DNA of 64,000 nucleotides from an uncultured bacterium (GTDB taxonomy: Bacteria; Chloroflexota; UBA5177; JANWHV01): positions 192,001-256,000 of the forward strand of contig CAWHAE010000020.1 of assembly GCA_963827235.1 (NCBI GenBank), written 5' to 3'. Shown here one piece after another: positions 20,169 to 32,498 of this stretch. The translations under genes and the position numbers were made by a program. Numbering within the stretch: position 1 is the first letter of the stretch; the number at the start of each line of letters is the position of its first letter. The notes under the pieces are model-generated. The model searched no databases, had not been told where the DNA came from, and was given only the letters and a program-made list of their open reading frames with translations.

Positions 20169-20232
20169 CCGGAGATTCTCAACCATATCGGCAAATTCCC
20201 TCCTTGATCCCGCGGCGGTTCCTCCCTATGCT
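20169..20232 (+). promoter_or_regulatory. sigma70 promoter of the kinase operon with two upstream direct repeats
   Basis: TTGATC (20204-20209)-N17-TATGCT (20227-20232), preceded by CCGGAGATTCTC and CGGCAAATTCCC. Confidence 0.6.
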
Positions 20233-20346
20233 GCGCAGGAGAGTTGCTGTAGGGGCCTCGTGCTATGCTAGGTGGCAGCAAATCGCGGGTGGCGCGGGTG
20301 TACTCGAACGGGAGCGCTGAATAGCGTGCGCGTGGGTCGAACAGGC

Positions 20347-22212
20347 ATGCGTCATCCCATCCCGCCGTGGCGGAGAGCAGGGCTGCGCACCCAGATCCGG
20401 CTGGCCTATATCGTGCTGCTCAGCGTGCCGCTCTTCGTCGTGGCGCTGGCCGCGTTCCAGACGTCGACAACCACGATCGAGCAGAATGCGCAGAGCTTCT
20501 CCGCACAGCTCACCGACGAGGTTCGCAACAATCTCGACACGTTCGTCGGCCAGGCCGAGCGACTCACCTATTGGCCGTTCCAGTCCGACGCCGTGCAACA
20601 GGTGCTTCGCGACTACCAGCACGGCGCGGCTGGCGGTCCCGGGCTCAACGACGTGCTGACCATGCGCGACGCGCTCGGCTACATCGGGCACAGCCGTTCG
20701 GACGTGGAAGGAATCTACGTGGTGACGCGCGGCGGCTCCCTGTTCAGCTGGCAGGCTTCCGGCGATCTGGTGCAGCACCCAAAGACCCTGGGCGCAACAT
20801 GGTACTCGCAGGCGCTCGTCGCGAGTCCCCGCACCGTGGTCTTGCCCACCGGCCGCCAGGAGCTGATTTCCGTTGCAACCGGCAAGGTGTTTTCGCTCGC
20901 GGCGACGCTGCGCGACCGCCACACCGGTGCCTTGCTGGGTGCCGTGCGCATCGACCTGGATGCGGATGCCCTGGCAAGCGTCGTGCAGCGCATCAGCCTC
21001 GGGCTGCAGGGGCGCCTGCTGGTGATCGCGCCCGGCGGCCAGGTCGTCTATCCCATCGATCCTAGCGGGCAGGAAACCACGCTGGCACGCATGATCGCCT
21101 CGCAACACGGCCGTACCGCCACTGGCCGGCTGCAGCTCGAGCTTGGGAGCTCGGACCTCCTGGCCACTTACGACACCGCCTCTTCCGGTCGGTGGATCGT
21201 GGCGGGCGTGGTGCCCACCGACCAGTTGCTGTCCGGCACCGGGCATTTGCGCACGCTCATCATCACCGTGGCGGTGGCCTGCATCGTGGCCGGGGCTCTG
21301 TTCGCCAGCTTCATTCTCGGCCGGCTGACCCGTCCCCTGGCCGAGCTACGTAATGCCATGCTCAGCGTCGAGGCGCACGGGGATCTTGACACCAGGATGA
21401 AAGTGCAGTCGAACGACGAGGTTGGGCAGCTGGCGCATAGCTTCAACACTATGCTCGACGAGATCCGGCGCTTGATCGACGACGTCCTTCGCGCTCAGAT
21501 CCACGAGCGCGAGGCAGAGCTGACAGCACTGCAGAACCAGATCAACCCGCATTTCCTGTACAACACCCTGGAATCGATCAACATGCTGGCTCTTACGCAC
21601 GGCGATCGAGACATCTCCCGCATGGTGACCTCGCTGGGCCGCCTTCTTCGCCTCTCCATATCCTCCCGCCAGGTGCTGATACCGCTCCGCCTCGAAGTCG
21701 ACTACGTGAACCATTACCTGACCGTGCAGCGCATGCGGTACGGCGATCGCATCGCCATGAATGTCGAGATCGACGAACCGCTGCTCGAGTTCACTCTGCC
21801 CAAGCTGACCCTGCAGCCGGTGGTCGAGAACGCGCTATACCACGGCCTGGAGCCGCAACGGGGCCGCGGCAGTCTCAGCGTCTCCGGCCGGCTGGTCGCG
21901 GGCGAGCTGGAGCTGACCGTGAGCGATGATGGAGTGGGCATGGATGCTTTCACTCTGGCCTCCGTGCAGAAGGATCTGGAGGAGGGCGCGGACCGAGAGG
22001 GGCGATCGCTTGGCCTGGCGAACGTGCAGGAACGGCTGAAGCTTTATTGCGGGCCCACCTACGGGCTGACTATTCGCAGCGAGCAGGGAAAGGGCACGTC
22101 GGTGAGCTTCCGCATCCCGCCTGTGCTGCGCCTGCCGGAGAATCAGGATACCCACGCTGGTGAACGGCCAAAGGACAACGGAAATGCTGCGACTGCTCAT
22201 AGCCGACGATGA
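20347..22212 (+). CDS. Sensor histidine kinase (YesM/LytS type: TM-Cache-TM-HAMP-His_kinase-HATPase)
   Basis: ALQNQINPHFLYNTLESI, LQPVVENALYHG, DDGVGM, LGLANVQERL; start uncertain (20272-20347). Confidence 0.93.
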   Translation: MRHPIPPWRRAGLRTQIRLAYIVLLSVPLFVVALAAFQTSTTTIEQNAQSFSAQLTDEVRNNLDTFVGQAERLTYWPFQSDAVQQVLRDYQHGAAGGPGLNDVLTMRDALGYIGHSRSDVEGIYVVTRGGSLFSWQASGDLVQHPKTLGATWYSQALVASPRTVVLPTGRQELISVATGKVFSLAATLRDRHTGALLGAVRIDLDADALASVVQRISLGLQGRLLVIAPGGQVVYPIDPSGQETTLARMIASQHGRTATGRLQLELGSSDLLATYDTASSGRWIVAGVVPTDQLLSGTGHLRTLIITVAVACIVAGALFASFILGRLTRPLAELRNAMLSVEAHGDLDTRMKVQSNDEVGQLAHSFNTMLDEIRRLIDDVLRAQIHEREAELTALQNQINPHFLYNTLESINMLALTHGDRDISRMVTSLGRLLRLSISSRQVLIPLRLEVDYVNHYLTVQRMRYGDRIAMNVEIDEPLLEFTLPKLTLQPVVENALYHGLEPQRGRGSLSVSGRLVAGELELTVSDDGVGMDAFTLASVQKDLEEGADREGRSLGLANVQERLKLYCGPTYGLTIRSEQGKGTSVSFRIPPVLRLPENQDTHAGERPKDNGNAATAHSRR

Positions 22213-23725
22213 GGAGCTGGTCCGTCGCGGGCTCGTGGCGGTGATCGCGCGTGACGCGCCCGAGATCGAGATCACCGGTACGGCGGTCGACGGCGAGGAT
22301 GCCCTGGAGCAGGCTCAGCGCGTGGTGCCCGACGCCGTGCTCACCGACATCCACATGCCGGGTGTGAACGGACTGGACCTGATTCAGCGTCTCCGTGCCA
22401 CGCATCCGCGCCTGCGCTGCGTGATCCTGAGCGGGTACGACGAGTTCGACTACGCGCGGCGCGCGGTCAGCCTTGGCGTGGCGGAGTATCTGCTCAAGCC
22501 CGTGGATCCCGACGAACTGCTCGCCCTGTTGCGGCGTATCGCTTCCGAGGTGGAGACCGAGCGCCGGGAGCGCCGGCTGCGCCAGGCCAGTGCCGGCATT
22601 ACACGCGAACAGAGCGCCAGGTGGCTGCTGGACGGCGTCCCGGTGGATGACGAGCTGCTCGCCGGTGCCTTCCCTTCGGCCCCGGCCTGGGGGTTGGCCC
22701 TCATCCAGAACCCGAGCACCGCTGAGGATCGTCAGACTCTGCGCGACGCCTGCGAGGCCGGGCTGGAACACAGCGTGCTGGTCGACGATGCGTACGGCTA
22801 CTTGTGCGTCCTGGTGCCCCTCCCGGACAGCGATCTGGCTACTGCCGCCGCGATGGGCTCCCGTCTGAGCAGTGCCTTGCAGGAGCGCCAAATCGCCTCC
22901 GCCGTGACCGTGGGCCGTCCATCGACAGATCTGGTCGGGGTCGGAGACGCGCACGGCGAGGCCCTGGAAGCAGCGGAGTATCACAGCATCGGTGCGGGCT
23001 CCGCGACCCTGCTGAGCTGGGACGTGCTCTCGCAGTCGGCGGAGCGCTGGCCGGCGGTATCGCCGGAACGCCGGGACGCCCTGCTGGAAGCCGTAGCTCA
23101 AGGCCTGGAGGCCGACGCCCAGCGCGAAGCGCGCGAGTTCGTCGCCTACGCTCGCGCGCACGTGCCTCCCGGCGGTTTTCGTGCCCTGTGGTCCGAGATC
23201 GTGGTGCTGCTGGTCAACCGCGTGCAACAATTTGGGGTGCGGGCGGATGCGCTGCTTGAGCCCCGACAGGATCTTCGCAGCCTGCTCGCCGCGCCGACCG
23301 ACGTCGCCCGGCAGGAGGAACAGCTGGTGTCGCTGGCGGCACGGGCGGCACGGGAATGCTGGCGTGTGCGCACGCAGCATTCGCCGCGCGCGACTATCCG
23401 GGAGCTGCGGGAATACATTGCCGATCACCTGGCAGACGATCTGACGATCGCCGTCCTGGCGCAGCGCATGCACCTTACCGCCAAGTACCTGGGCGAGGTC
23501 TTCAAGCAGAGCACGGGCGAGTCGTTAGGTGAGTACATCATTCGAGCGCGGATCAAGCGCGCCTGCGATCTGCTCGGCACGACGTCTCTCAAGGTGCACG
23601 TGATCGCTGAGCACGTGGGCTATGGCGATCCTAAGCACTTTGCCACCATGTTCCGCTCCTTGGTAGGCGTCTCACCGGTCGAGTATCGCGGACAATGCCG
23701 GGTTCGGCAGGAAGGTGAGACCTGA
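22184..23725 (+). CDS. Response regulator, receiver + AraC HTH (YesN type)
   Basis: LLIADDE, TDIHMPG, YLLKP; C-terminal YLGEVFKQSTG...VGYGDPKHFATMF AraC signature. Confidence 0.93.
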   Translation: MLRLLIADDEELVRRGLVAVIARDAPEIEITGTAVDGEDALEQAQRVVPDAVLTDIHMPGVNGLDLIQRLRATHPRLRCVILSGYDEFDYARRAVSLGVAEYLLKPVDPDELLALLRRIASEVETERRERRLRQASAGITREQSARWLLDGVPVDDELLAGAFPSAPAWGLALIQNPSTAEDRQTLRDACEAGLEHSVLVDDAYGYLCVLVPLPDSDLATAAAMGSRLSSALQERQIASAVTVGRPSTDLVGVGDAHGEALEAAEYHSIGAGSATLLSWDVLSQSAERWPAVSPERRDALLEAVAQGLEADAQREAREFVAYARAHVPPGGFRALWSEIVVLLVNRVQQFGVRADALLEPRQDLRSLLAAPTDVARQEEQLVSLAARAARECWRVRTQHSPRATIRELREYIADHLADDLTIAVLAQRMHLTAKYLGEVFKQSTGESLGEYIIRARIKRACDLLGTTSLKVHVIAEHVGYGDPKHFATMFRSLVGVSPVEYRGQCRVRQEGET

Positions 23726-24992
23726 GGTGCTGCTCACGCGGCGCGAGGCGCTGCTGGCCGCCGCCGCCTCGCTGGCCGCTGCCGGTGAGGCGCGCACTCG
23801 CACTCGGGCCGCCGCCATCCCGGTGAGCTTCTGGGGTGGATGGACCGGACCAGATGGCCTGGTCATGCAACGGCTCGTCGCGCGCTTTAACGCCGAGGTG
23901 GACGACGTCGAGGTGACGCTCACGCTCTACAACTGGGACCTGATCTTCGACCGCTGGCGCCAGGAGTTCTACGGAGGCTCCCCGCCCGACCTTGTCGGCA
24001 TCCACGCCAGCGAGGTCGCCGAGTACGCGGGGAACGGCATGCTGCGCGAGATTGGCGCCGAGGCACGTCGCATGGACCTGTCGGCCGGGCAGTTCCTGCC
24101 GGTGGTCTGGAGGAAGTGCCTGGTGGAGAACGGACTCTATGCCGTGCCGCTCGACGTGCATCCACTTGGCCTGTACATTAACGCTCGATCGGCCCGTCGG
24201 GTTGGGCTCGATCCCAGCCGTCCGCCGGCCACAGGCGCCGAGCTGTTGAGCTGGGCTTCCCGCCTGACCAGCCACGGGCGTGGCACGTGGGGACTGGCCG
24301 CTCCCGCGGGCGACGTGGAGTGTTTCCGTCAGTGGTATTGCCTGCTCTACCAGTACGGCGGGCAGTTCATGGACGATGCCGGCACACGGTGCGTGGCGGA
24401 CAGCCCGGAAGGCACGCAGGCGTACAGCTTCCTGCGCGACTTGATCGTGCGCTGGCGAGTGGCTATGCCCGCGGAGGCGTCGCCGGACGCGGATTTCCTG
24501 GCCGGCCGGCTGGCCATGTACGTGCAAGGGCCGTGGTACATCCGTGGGGCGCTGCAGGCCGGCATCGACCTGGTCACGGCTCCTATGCCGCGCGTCGGCA
24601 GGCGGGACTTGGTTTGGGCCAACTCTCACGTGCTGGCTGTGGTGAATACCGAGGACGCGACGCGAGCCGCCGCTGCCATGCGCTTCATCGGATGGCTGCA
24701 TGCACACGCGCTGGACTGGGCAGAGGCTGGGCAGGTGCCCGCTTCCAACGCGGCCCGCTCACGGCTCTCCGGCGCCTCCGTGTGGCCCTACCTCCGCCCG
24801 TACGCGGCACAGGTGTCGCGGGTCGTCTATCAACCGAGCTTGCCGGATGCGGCACAGCTCTTCGCGGAGCAGGCGCTAACGCCGCTGACCAGCGCCACGC
24901 GGGCCGTCATGCTGGGACAGGAGACACCCGCACAGGCCGTCCGCATCATGAGCGACCAGGTGAATCAGGCGCTTGCAGCGCCGGCGACCTGA
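23715..24992 (+). CDS. Extracellular carbohydrate-binding protein (CUT1/SBP family 1), Tat signal
   Basis: TRREALL Tat motif; FWGGWTGPDG, YAVPLDVHPLGLYIN, AMYVQGPW; overlaps the regulator stop; no permease genes follow. Confidence 0.88.
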   Translation: MRPEVLLTRREALLAAAASLAAAGEARTRTRAAAIPVSFWGGWTGPDGLVMQRLVARFNAEVDDVEVTLTLYNWDLIFDRWRQEFYGGSPPDLVGIHASEVAEYAGNGMLREIGAEARRMDLSAGQFLPVVWRKCLVENGLYAVPLDVHPLGLYINARSARRVGLDPSRPPATGAELLSWASRLTSHGRGTWGLAAPAGDVECFRQWYCLLYQYGGQFMDDAGTRCVADSPEGTQAYSFLRDLIVRWRVAMPAEASPDADFLAGRLAMYVQGPWYIRGALQAGIDLVTAPMPRVGRRDLVWANSHVLAVVNTEDATRAAAAMRFIGWLHAHALDWAEAGQVPASNAARSRLSGASVWPYLRPYAAQVSRVVYQPSLPDAAQLFAEQALTPLTSATRAVMLGQETPAQAVRIMSDQVNQALAAPAT

Positions 24993-25001
24993 CTCGCTCG
25001 T

Positions 25002-26030
25002 TTGGCTGCGCGATTCATATCCCACAAGACGACGCTCAAGTACCACCCGTTCTCGGTTCCCGGCAGTGCCGACTACAACCGCACCATGGCCGGCTGGCTG
25101 CGCTATGTCCTCGCGCCTGTAAGCTACGCTACGCGCGCACTGGGCACTACCACCGGCAAGGACAAGCGATTTGACCTGGAGATCTGGAACGAGCTGAGCG
25201 AGAGCCCTCACTTCCTGTTCATCACGACTACTACGGTCGCGTGGTCTACAACTACGACGAGCAGAGCATCTACCGCAATCTCCTCCTTGCGACCACGCAC
25301 TACATAGCCACCCACCCGGCCGAGTTCGAGGGCGTGAAGGTGGGCGACGGTATTGCCAGCAACATTCCCTGGCCCGCGGCGTCGACGGAGCCGCTTCAGA
25401 TCAACGCCATCGACAAGCATCTATACGAGCGGCGCATTACCGACCCGCGCTCCACCTCGCCGCTAATGGCCTTCGATCGATCGGTGATCGATATCTGGAG
25501 CAAGGTCCACCTCGACGCCCTGGGCCGGCGAGACTCCTCGCGGTGTGAGCCATCGTACTCCGCCTTCTTCCCTGAGTGTTTCGGCACGTTCCTGCGCACG
25601 GACAGCGTCGTTCGCGACATGTCGCCGATCACCACCACGATTGACGGCGTGGCTCATGGCCAGTTCGCCCGCGTCGTGGACGGCAAGGTGGTACCGACCG
25701 CCCTCTGGGTGACGGAGGTCGGAATGACCATCAGACAGGACTGGCCGCCGATCACGGAGGGTCGCGAGCTCTACGTGGAAGCTAAGGCCGATGCGCGATA
25801 CTACTGTTTCTACCTTGGCAAAGGGGCGACCCAGCTGGACCTGTACGCGGCAGTCGATCCGGACAGCGGCCTGCTGCTACCGATCTTCCTCTTGCTTGCC
25901 GCTAAGCCTCACGCAACCTAGCCAAAGAACGACGCTCCTTACACTCCGCGGCCCTCGTGGTCACCGAACGCATCGTTCAGAAGATGCGACAATCCCTCGA
26001 CGCCAAATTGACCCTCACGCTCAAAACAGC
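25002..26030 (+). pseudogene. Fragmented remnant of a clan GH-A-like glycoside hydrolase domain
   Basis: FDLEIWNEL in one frame, frameshift near 25240, then KHLY...LWVTEVG; stop at 25919-25921 with protein-like sequence continuing in another frame; no N-terminus. Confidence 0.55.
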
Positions 26031-26162
26031 GGACTACCCATACCTGCTGACCATTCAGGAGAGCCGGTAGAACGCTCAAACCCTGTCGGCTCCGTCACAG
26101 GCATTGGCGATGCCGGCAGTGCGCGTGCCGGTCGCGCCTGGCCGGGAAGCGCTGTGCACGCT

Positions 26163-26858
26163 TCAGCCGAGCATTCCGCCGTGGAACCGCCGCAGGCAGC
26201 CCTCCCACATGATCGGGGCGGTATCGCAGCGGTCGAGCTGGGCCGCAAAGTCGACGTCGACAGCGCGGCCCTTCAACAGCAGCTCACGTCCACTGCCGCA
26301 GTCGCGGAGCAGCCATTGCAGTCGATCTCGGCAACCGCGAAAGGCATGTTCGCACGCGAAAGCCTCCGGTGACTTGTCGAAGGGGAGACGAGACAGGATC
26401 GCGCCTGCGCCCAGGTAGTCTTCCAGGGCGAACCGGAGTGCTCCATCCTCGCTTGCTTCGCGCCGGCGCTCGCCGCAGGCAATGACCGTTACCGCCAGGT
26501 TCAATCTGTTTGCTGCGAGCTCGACCGCGGCGGACACGGTCGAGGCGTTGACCAACGAGCCTGCAAACAGGTACGGCGCCTCCCGGCCGTGGATGGCGCA
26601 CAGGGCGCCGTTCGGCGAGGCCAGCGTCAGGCGCTCTCCCGCCGCCGCGGATTCCAACGGCCGGTGGCCGGCGACAGGAGAGCTGGGGACCACGTAGGCC
26701 CCCTGTTGGACGGCTACTGCCGTCGCGGTGGAAAAGCGCAAGACGTCGACGACCACCAGGACATCGCCGCGTGCGGCCGCGCGACGCGCGCCATCCCATC
26801 CCCAGTCCAGGCGACAACGATAGCTCACTTGGTCGAAGCAGTTGGGTGGCAGGTGCAT
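26163..26858 (-). CDS. 2-phosphosulfolactate phosphatase family (ComB-like)
   Basis: VVVDVLRFST, LASPNGA, GSLVNAS, VIACGER, ALEDYLGAGAI, SGREL; the longer ORF call runs through tRNA genes, so start placed at ATG 26858. Confidence 0.88.
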   Translation of the reverse strand: MHLPPNCFDQVSYRCRLDWGWDGARRAAARGDVLVVVDVLRFSTATAVAVQQGAYVVPSSPVAGHRPLESAAAGERLTLASPNGALCAIHGREAPYLFAGSLVNASTVSAAVELAANRLNLAVTVIACGERRREASEDGALRFALEDYLGAGAILSRLPFDKSPEAFACEHAFRGCRDRLQWLLRDCGSGRELLLKGRAVDVDFAAQLDRCDTAPIMWEGCLRRFHGGMLG

Positions 26859-27000
26859 ACAGGCAATATACGCTCGGCGCCTTGACCGGTGCCGGCACCG
26901 CTCGTCGCGACCTGCCTCGCGGACCGAATGAAGCGTGTGTTGGGAAACCGGCAACAAACCGGCGAGGAGCGCGAGATGTGCTGAAGAATCGGCCCCAAGC

Positions 27001-27034
27001 AAGAAGAAGGCCCCTCGACTGAGGCGCCTTCTTA
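27001..27034 (-). terminator. Hairpin terminator after tRNA-Gly
   Basis: Minus strand AAGAAGGCGCCTC-AGTC-GAGGGGCCTTCTT followed by CTT. Confidence 0.6.
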
Positions 27035-27036
27035 GC

Positions 27037-27111
27037 TGGAGCGGAAGACCGGGATCGAACCGGCGACCCTCTCCTTGGCAAGGAGATGCTCTACCACTGA
27101 GCCACTTCCGC
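27037..27111 (-). tRNA. tRNA-Gly (anticodon GCC)
   Basis: GCGGAAGTGGCTCAGTGGTAGAGC...TTGCCAA...GTTCGATCCCGGTCTTCCGCTCCA. Confidence 0.97.
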
Positions 27112-27115
27112 ATCG

Positions 27116-27191
27116 TGGTGCCGAGACCCAGATTTGAACTGGGGACACCCGCATTTTCAGTGCGGTGCTCTACCAACTGAGCTATCTCGGC
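27116..27191 (-). tRNA. tRNA-Phe (anticodon GAA)
   Basis: GCCGAGATAGCTCAGTTGGTAGAGC...CTGAAAA...GTTCAAATCTGGGTCTCGGCACCA. Confidence 0.97.
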
Positions 27192-27252
27192 ACGCCACCT
27201 GCCGATAAACCATAGCTGAGCCGGCAAGCCGGCACTGCTCGCGACAAGGGTT

Positions 27253-27281
27253 AGTTTACTCAGCATGCCTGGTCGTGTCAA
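27253..27281 (-). promoter_or_regulatory. sigma70 promoter of the tRNA-Phe-Gly pair
   Basis: Minus strand TTGACA-N17-TAAACT. Confidence 0.75.
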
Positions 27282-27437
27282 GCCTCGCCAAAGGGCTCTG
27301 GGACCTGTGCCCCGCCCGCCTGGCTCGCTCGCGGCACCCCGAATTGCGGGCGATCCGTAGTGAGAACCATTCTCGATCGGTGCTCGTCGCTCGGCGAGGA
27401 GGGGGTGAAATCTGGTATACTTAAGTGCGGTAAATAG

Positions 27438-29501
<2,064 letters not shown>

Positions 29502-29748
29502 CAGGCGAGTCCGTGAACCCCCGGCGGTGCCGACCGCCGGGCAAGTTGCGCCGCTGCCACACGTGTTTGCGCCGGGGGCCCGCTGGGCCCAGGGCCATTC
29601 AGTGGTTTCCGGTCAGACGCCGCCGTGCCACATGTGCCGGTGCCAGCCCGTTCCGGCAACAGAGCGGCGGCGGCGCTTTGATTAGGCGGCACGGTGCCGG
29701 AACGCTGCTTCTCTCTATAATGGCTGAGGGGGAAGCGAGAGTGAGGAA

Positions 29749-30801
29749 ATGAGCGCAGCAGTCGCTGGGTTACCCGTTGCGCTCGACGCGATGGGGGGTG
29801 ATCGCGCGCCGGCCGAACCGGTTGCCGCTGCGATAACGGCCGCGCGCGATTACGGCGTCGGTGTGCGTCTGGTCGGCGATGAGCAGCAGCTCAGATCGGA
29901 GCTGGCCAGGCAGGGCCACACGCCGTCAGGTGTCACTATCGTTCACGCACCCGAGACGATCGAGATGCACGAGCACGCCGCGAAGGCCCTCCGCGCGAAG
30001 CCCAACGCCTCATTGCCCGTCGCTGTCGGCATGGCGCGAGATGGTCACGCCTGCGGCGCGGTGTCATGCGGCAACAGTGGCGCCATCATGGCGGCGGGCA
30101 TCTTCATCCTCGGGCGCCTACCCGGGATCGATCGGCCCGCCTTCGGAGGCGTCGTACCCACCAGGACGGGTCAGGCATTCCTGGTCGACATGGGTGCCAA
30201 CTCCGATTGCAAGCCGCAGTGGCTTCTGCAGTTCGCCCGCATGGGCGCGATCTACATGCGCGAGGCGCAGGGTGTGGCGAACCCCCGCGTGGGCCTGGTC
30301 AGCAACGGCTCCGAGGAAGGGAAGGGCTCTGTCCTCACGCTGGCCGCCTTCGACCTCATTCGCCAGAGCGGCCTGAACTTCGTGGGCAATGTCGAATGCA
30401 ACGGCATCGCCAAGGGCGTGGCGGACGTGGTCGTCTGCGACGGCTTCACGGGCAACGCCATTCTCAAGACCATGGAAGGCACGGCAGGCGTGATCACGGG
30501 CCTGCTGCGGGAAACGCTGCAAAGCTCGCTGCGGGCCAGGATCGGTGCGCTGCTGGTCAGGCCGGCGCTGGAGACGATGCGTGCTCGCGTCGATTACGCG
30601 GAATACGGGGGCGTGCCGGTGCTCGGCGTCGATGGGATCCTGATTAACTGCCACGGCCGTTCCAAGGCGCGCGCCATCGTGCAGGGTATTCGGCTAGCGG
30701 ATCGCATGGCTCGAGCGGACTTGGCGGGTGCCATCCGGCGTGAGCTGTCCAAGCTCGGGTCGCCGGAGGAGGCGCCATCGCTTGCAGCGCCTCCTGACTG
30801 A
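29749..30801 (+). CDS. plsX: Phosphate acyltransferase PlsX
   Basis: ALDAMGGD, SCGNSGA, IDRPA, DMGAN, VCDGFTGN, HGRS; TATAAT about 30 nt upstream. Confidence 0.95.
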   Translation: MSAAVAGLPVALDAMGGDRAPAEPVAAAITAARDYGVGVRLVGDEQQLRSELARQGHTPSGVTIVHAPETIEMHEHAAKALRAKPNASLPVAVGMARDGHACGAVSCGNSGAIMAAGIFILGRLPGIDRPAFGGVVPTRTGQAFLVDMGANSDCKPQWLLQFARMGAIYMREAQGVANPRVGLVSNGSEEGKGSVLTLAAFDLIRQSGLNFVGNVECNGIAKGVADVVVCDGFTGNAILKTMEGTAGVITGLLRETLQSSLRARIGALLVRPALETMRARVDYAEYGGVPVLGVDGILINCHGRSKARAIVQGIRLADRMARADLAGAIRRELSKLGSPEEAPSLAAPPD

Positions 30802-30812
30802 GGCCGATCGGG

Positions 30813-32012
30813 TCATGCCCGCGGCGTCGCCGCGGCAATCCCGCTCTCGGCGGCGGACTGCCCGCCGATCGCCCGCAGGCGGGCGGTGATTCCCGGCAGC
30901 ACTTCCAGCAGACGGTCGACGTGTTGCTCCTCGCTGGTACGGCCCAGCGTGATCCGCAAGGCGCCGGCGGCCAGGTCGCGCTGAAGACCAAGCGCGAGCA
31001 GCACGTGCGACGGGTCTATCGAGCCCGCTGTGCAGGCTGACCCGCTGGATGCGGCTATCCCGTGCATGTCGAGGTTGAGCAGCATCGATTCGCCGTCGAC
31101 GCCCGCGAAGCAGAAGTTGGCATTATTCGGCAGGCGCTGCTCCCGGTGCCCGTTCAGCGTGCTTCCCGGAATCCTCGCCAGCACCTCGTCGATGAGCCTG
31201 TCCCTCAAACCGCGCAGGCGATCTGCTTCTTCATCCATCGAGTCGCACGCCACGGAGAGCGCGGTCGCCACGCCCACGATGGAGGCCACGTTCTCTGTGC
31301 CTGCGCGCCGGCCGCGTTCCTGTCCGCCGCCCTGCTGCCCCGGCAGCCAGGCCGTGCCCCGCCGGACATACAGAACGCCGGCGCCCTTTGGGCCGTAGAA
31401 CTTGTGAGCCGAAAGGCTCAACAGGTCCACGCCCAGGGAGTTGACGTCGAGAGGCAGATGGCCGGCCGTCTGCACGGCATCCGTGTGCACGAGGACACCG
31501 CGCGCGTGAGCTATGGCTGCGATCGCGGCCAGTGGCTGTATAGTGCCTATCTCGTTGTTCGCGTGCATCACCGACACCAGCACGGTAGTGGGCCGCATGG
31601 CTTGGGCGATTGCCTCGGGGTCGACCAGACCATCGCGCCTTACAGGCACGAACGTAGTCTCTATGCCGAACCGCTGAAGCCACTCGCACGTGTGTAGCAC
31701 GGCGTGGTGCTCGATTTGCGTGGTCACCACGTGGTTCCCACGCTCACGATTCGCCCACACCACGCCCTTGATCGCGGCGTTGTCACTCTCCGAGCCGCCG
31801 CTCGTGAAGATGAGCTCGCTGTTCCTGGTACCGAGCAGCGACGCAACCGTACCGCGCGCCCGGTCCATCGCCTGGCGCGCCGCTCGAGCCTGCGTATAGA
31901 GGCTCGACGGGTTGCCGAACTGCTCGCAGAAGTAGGGCATCATGGCCTCGACTACGCGCCGGTCGACAGGCGTGGTCGCGGCAAAATCGAGATAAATCGC
32001 TTCTTCAGTCAT
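30813..32012 (-). CDS. iscS: Cysteine desulfurase (IscS/NifS group I)
   Basis: YLDFAATTP, GNPSS, FTSGGSESDN, HTDAVQ, SAHKFYGPKG, SSGSACT; GAGGA RBS. Confidence 0.92.
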   Translation of the reverse strand: MTEEAIYLDFAATTPVDRRVVEAMMPYFCEQFGNPSSLYTQARAARQAMDRARGTVASLLGTRNSELIFTSGGSESDNAAIKGVVWANRERGNHVVTTQIEHHAVLHTCEWLQRFGIETTFVPVRRDGLVDPEAIAQAMRPTTVLVSVMHANNEIGTIQPLAAIAAIAHARGVLVHTDAVQTAGHLPLDVNSLGVDLLSLSAHKFYGPKGAGVLYVRRGTAWLPGQQGGGQERGRRAGTENVASIVGVATALSVACDSMDEEADRLRGLRDRLIDEVLARIPGSTLNGHREQRLPNNANFCFAGVDGESMLLNLDMHGIAASSGSACTAGSIDPSHVLLALGLQRDLAAGALRITLGRTSEEQHVDRLLEVLPGITARLRAIGGQSAAESGIAAATPRA

Positions 32013-32498
32013 ATGGCTCAGTCCTCCTCCATGATGCCGGTGCACGTGCCTCGCGACAAGTAGCTTGGCGCCGGATGGCAGATCAGCATGGCGTGCTCCA
32101 AAGAGGAGCCCCGGCTATCGTGGAATCATGACCGCTTTCGGACGTGCCGGCATGGCCTCCGTCGTCGTGCGACAACCCGTTGCGGCATCATCTCCAGGTC
32201 GGCTCGAAGGCGAGATCGCAGCGCCGGCGATCGAATGCTCGCTCGGTCGGTTGAGGCGCGCGAGATGCCACTTGGCGTGTTACTATTGGAGTCGGTGATG
32301 TCGTGCGTGTCCCGGGCTCGACGCGCCCATCTGGGTCGTGTGAGCTTAGTAGAAGGAATCGGCAGCGGTCGTGCGCGACCAGACTTCAGACGGGGTCGCT
32401 TGGCATCCTGACGCTCGACTTGGGACGCCGGGTGTTTCTTTGGCACGACGCATCGCCGGGCTCAGGTTCCCGGATGGGCGCCGGTAGTAGCCGTCGCT

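Noticed and set aside
1-27036. Integrative element or prophage at tRNA-Leu, -Cys or -Gly
   Set aside because: No integrase or transposase; only 8-11-bp chance matches to tRNA 3' ends (e.g. 12301, 14640)
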